Shown: piece by piece, positions 32,833 to 34,048 of the stretch
Numbering within the stretch: the first letter of the stretch is position 1
How the letters are laid out: each line of letters begins with the position of its first letter
Source: a virus
DNA length: 34,048 bases
IMG/VR virus record: IMGVR_UViG_3300003523_000007
Coordinates: 1-34,048 of that record
Strand: one strand, 5' to 3'
Made by a program: the position numbers and the translations under genes
The notes under the pieces: model-generated
What the model was told of the DNA's origin: nothing
Databases searched by the model: none
What the model saw: only the letters and a program-made list of their open reading frames with translations

Positions 32833-33075
32833 ATGAGTTTTAACGACGATATAGAAAAGGTTATCGCAGGGATCGACACTTCAAAAGAGCCGCCCACGGA
32901 AGAACCTTTAAGACAATATTATTTTATAAAGAAATGCCGCGAGATCATCAAGAAGAAGTCCGAAGAATTAGGACGCCCGCTTTTCTGTAATACTGTAACT
33001 TTCGGTTGTCAAATGAACGTTGTATCACAGACGCAGCAAACGCCGGAAATAAAGCATTTCTTAACTTGCCGATAA
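32833..33075 (+). CDS. 80-aa ORF whose first ~62 residues resemble the N-terminus of a MiaB-type methylthiotransferase (truncated host-gene fragment)
   Basis: ...GRPLFCNTVTFGCQMNV... matches the (Y/F)GCQMN start of the UPF0004/MiaB domain, including the first conserved Cys. The similarity stops right after it, and the ORF ends 18 codons later. Confidence 0.45.
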   Translation: MSFNDDIEKVIAGIDTSKEPPTEEPLRQYYFIKKCREIIKKKSEELGRPLFCNTVTFGCQMNVVSQTQQTPEIKHFLTCR

Positions 33076-33082
33076 CTTGCAG

Positions 33083-33109
33083 GACGACGACGAAAGCCGC
33101 CGTCTTTTT
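33083..33109 (+). terminator. Terminator-like hairpin with a GAAA loop and T5
   Basis: GACGACGAC-GAAA-GCCGCCGTC (7 of 9 pairs) followed by TTTTT. Confidence 0.45.
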
Positions 33110-33128
33110 GATTGCAAAAATATTTTCA

Positions 33129-33186
33129 CATATTACGCAATATTTTATAAAAACCTATTGACATATTGCGCAATATGCTATATTAT
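33129..33186 (+). promoter_or_regulatory. Promoter with embedded palindromic operator: dyad CATATTACGCAATAT, then TTGACA (33158-33163), a 17-nt spacer containing CATATTGCGCAATATG, then TATTAT (33181-33186)
   Basis: Read directly. 33162-33177 is a perfect 16-bp palindrome. 33129-33143 is the exact reverse complement of 8933-8947. Confidence 0.6.
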
Positions 33187-33232
33187 AATATCACAAGGAA
33201 CAAATAAACCACACACAGAAAGGCGGGACAAT

Positions 33233-33397
33233 ATGACAATCGAAACAGTAAGAGAAGTAAAAGGCTATAAAGTACAGAGATACGCAGGCACACGCCGCGC
33301 ATACTTCGTAAATATCCGAGAGGGTAAAGGCTTCCGCGAGTTTCACACATTCCAAACAATCAAAGCGGCGGTCGAGTTTATCGAAAAGGCATTATAA
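33233..33397 (+). CDS. Small hypothetical protein (54 aa)
   Basis: ATG preceded by AGAAAGGCGGGACAAT. The longer track ORF from 33077 runs through the promoter. Confidence 0.55.
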   Translation: MTIETVREVKGYKVQRYAGTRRAYFVNIREGKGFREFHTFQTIKAAVEFIEKAL

Positions 33398-33404
33398 ACC
33401 ACAA

Positions 33405-33422
33405 GGGGCGGGCAACCGCCCC
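33405..33422 (+). other. GC hairpin GGGGCGG-GCAA-CCGCCCC (intercistronic)
   Basis: 7-bp stem with a GNRA loop and no T tract. Confidence 0.4.
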
Positions 33423-33446
33423 ACATAAAAAGAAAGGCGGGACAAT

Positions 33447-33617
33447 ATGTTTATAATAAAAGATATGAGAACGGGCGAAAAGGCAATAGCAAGATCAAAA
33501 GAAGAAGCAGAAGCAACCGTAAGAACCTATGTTGCATTTACAAACGATAGAATTAAAAGAGGGATCATAAAAGGAAAAAGAGTCAGTAAAAAGAACTTTG
33601 CAATAATAGAAGCATAA
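33447..33617 (+). CDS. Small basic hypothetical protein (56 aa; not in the ORF track)
   Basis: MFIIKDMRTGEKAIARSKEEAEATVRTYVAFTNDRIKRGIIKGKRVSKKNFAIIEA. It has the same AGAAAGGCGGGACAAT-ATG context as 33233. Confidence 0.5.
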   Translation: MFIIKDMRTGEKAIARSKEEAEATVRTYVAFTNDRIKRGIIKGKRVSKKNFAIIEA

Positions 33618-33625
33618 CGGCAGCA

Positions 33626-33645
33626 GGGGCGGCGCGATCCGCCCC
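33626..33645 (+). other. GC hairpin GGGGCGG-cgcgat-CCGCCCC (intercistronic)
   Basis: It has the same stem sequence as 33405-33422. Confidence 0.4.
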
Positions 33646-33670
33646 GCAGATCCGGAGAAAGGCGGGGAAC

Positions 33671-33853
33671 ATGGCAAGAAATAGAAATATCAAAGTCACA
33701 TTACACGACGAAGAATACGACTTCTTAAAACGGCTTGCAAAGCGGGATAACGTAACCGTCGGCGAAGAAATGAAAATGTTGTTTAATCTTCAATTATCCG
33801 AAGAAATGGACTTGTATTTGGAAGAAATGCAGCAGGAAAGGGGCGAACAATGA
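33671..33853 (+). CDS. Ribbon-helix-helix (CopG/Arc-like) protein
   Basis: NIKVTLHDEEYDFLKRLAKRDNVTVGEEMKMLF fits the strand-helix-helix pattern. RBS GAAAGGCGGGG. Confidence 0.55.
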   Translation: MARNRNIKVTLHDEEYDFLKRLAKRDNVTVGEEMKMLFNLQLSEEMDLYLEEMQQERGEQ

Positions 33854-34048
33854 AAGATCTATCGAAAGTTGAAGCAAGGCAGCAGGCGGCAGCAGATCCG
33901 GCAGCGGGGCAGCAGGAGAAACCCGCGTTTAATCAAATTGAATACATGAACCAATACAACCGGACAAATTACGATCGCGTAAACTTAACAATGCCAAAAG
34001 GCAAAAAGGCGATTGTAAAAGAACGGGCGGCAGCATTAAAGAAAAGCG
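33850..34048 (+). CDS. Ribbon-helix-helix protein, 5' part; continues across the circular junction to base 111 (86 aa in total)
   Basis: ATGA overlap with the previous stop. ...RVNLTMPKGKKAIVKERAAALKKS... continues at base 50. Confidence 0.6.
   Translation, partial: MKDLSKVEARQQAAADPAAGQQEKPAFNQIEYMNQYNRTNYDRVNLTMPKGKKAIVKERAAALKKS
34000..34048. repeat. Terminal overlap, copy 2 (identical to 1-49)
   Basis: Direct comparison of the two window ends. Confidence 0.95.

Noticed and set aside
32429-32833. 134-aa minus-strand ORF spanning the 32626-32832 gap
   Set aside because: It is an Arg/Leu/Phe-rich shadow ORF overlapping the + strand gene 32248-32625 and the promoter of the MiaB-like fragment. 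It has no RBS.
33077-33232. Long version of ORF 33077-33397 (106 aa)
   Set aside because: Its first 52 codons run through a terminator hairpin and a promoter/operator region. The ATG at 33233 has the genome-typical GAAAGGCGGG RBS.
1-34048. Search for tRNA, rRNA, tmRNA and CRISPR arrays
   Set aside because: Every intergenic gap is under about 220 bp and is accounted for by promoters, hairpins or repeats. I saw no cloverleaf-like GC-rich segment of 70-90 nt. A tRNA scan would still be worthwhile.

Overview
The window is a complete, circularly closed phage genome of about 34.0 kb; bases 1-49 are identical to 34000-34048 and an ORF reads through the join. It looks like a temperate siphovirus-like phage with an HK97-type head. 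The host is probably Firmicutes/Clostridia-like, judged from the purine-rich coding strand, GAAAGG(C)GGG-type ribosome-binding sites and a large serine integrase. All confident genes except the integrase and the CI-like repressor are on the + strand. Gene order: RHH gene across the junction; serine integrase (-); CI-like repressor (-); back-to-back promoters with TTAATATATTAA operators; Cro-like gene; a fragmented multi-TRD cytosine-5 DNA methyltransferase locus; small early genes (HAD-like hydrolase, membrane-anchored SLT transglycosylase); an AT-rich iteron block plus an HUH rolling-circle Rep; VRR-NUC nuclease; RinA-like regulator; HNH endonuclease; a GC-rich candidate cos region; TerS; TerL; portal; ClpP-like protease; major capsid; connector, head-closure and gp10-like proteins; major tail protein; G/GT chaperones with a CCCAAAC slippery site; tape measure; distal tail and tail-tip proteins; the DGR; a lysis cassette; an accessory region. 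The stand-out system is a complete diversity-generating retroelement (DGR) at 27132-30202. It comprises a tail-fibre-like target gene with a C-terminal variable repeat, an Avd-like gene, a 128-bp template repeat and a DGR-type reverse transcriptase. All 9 VR/TR mismatches sit at template adenines. Other points worth a second look: the methyltransferase is broken at two G7 tracts; a MiaB-like 5' gene fragment with its own promoter may mark attP; a dyad motif is shared by three intergenic control regions; and GATC appears over-represented. I saw no tRNA, rRNA or CRISPR array. All calls come from reading the sequence and the ORF track and from remembered family motifs; no searches were run.
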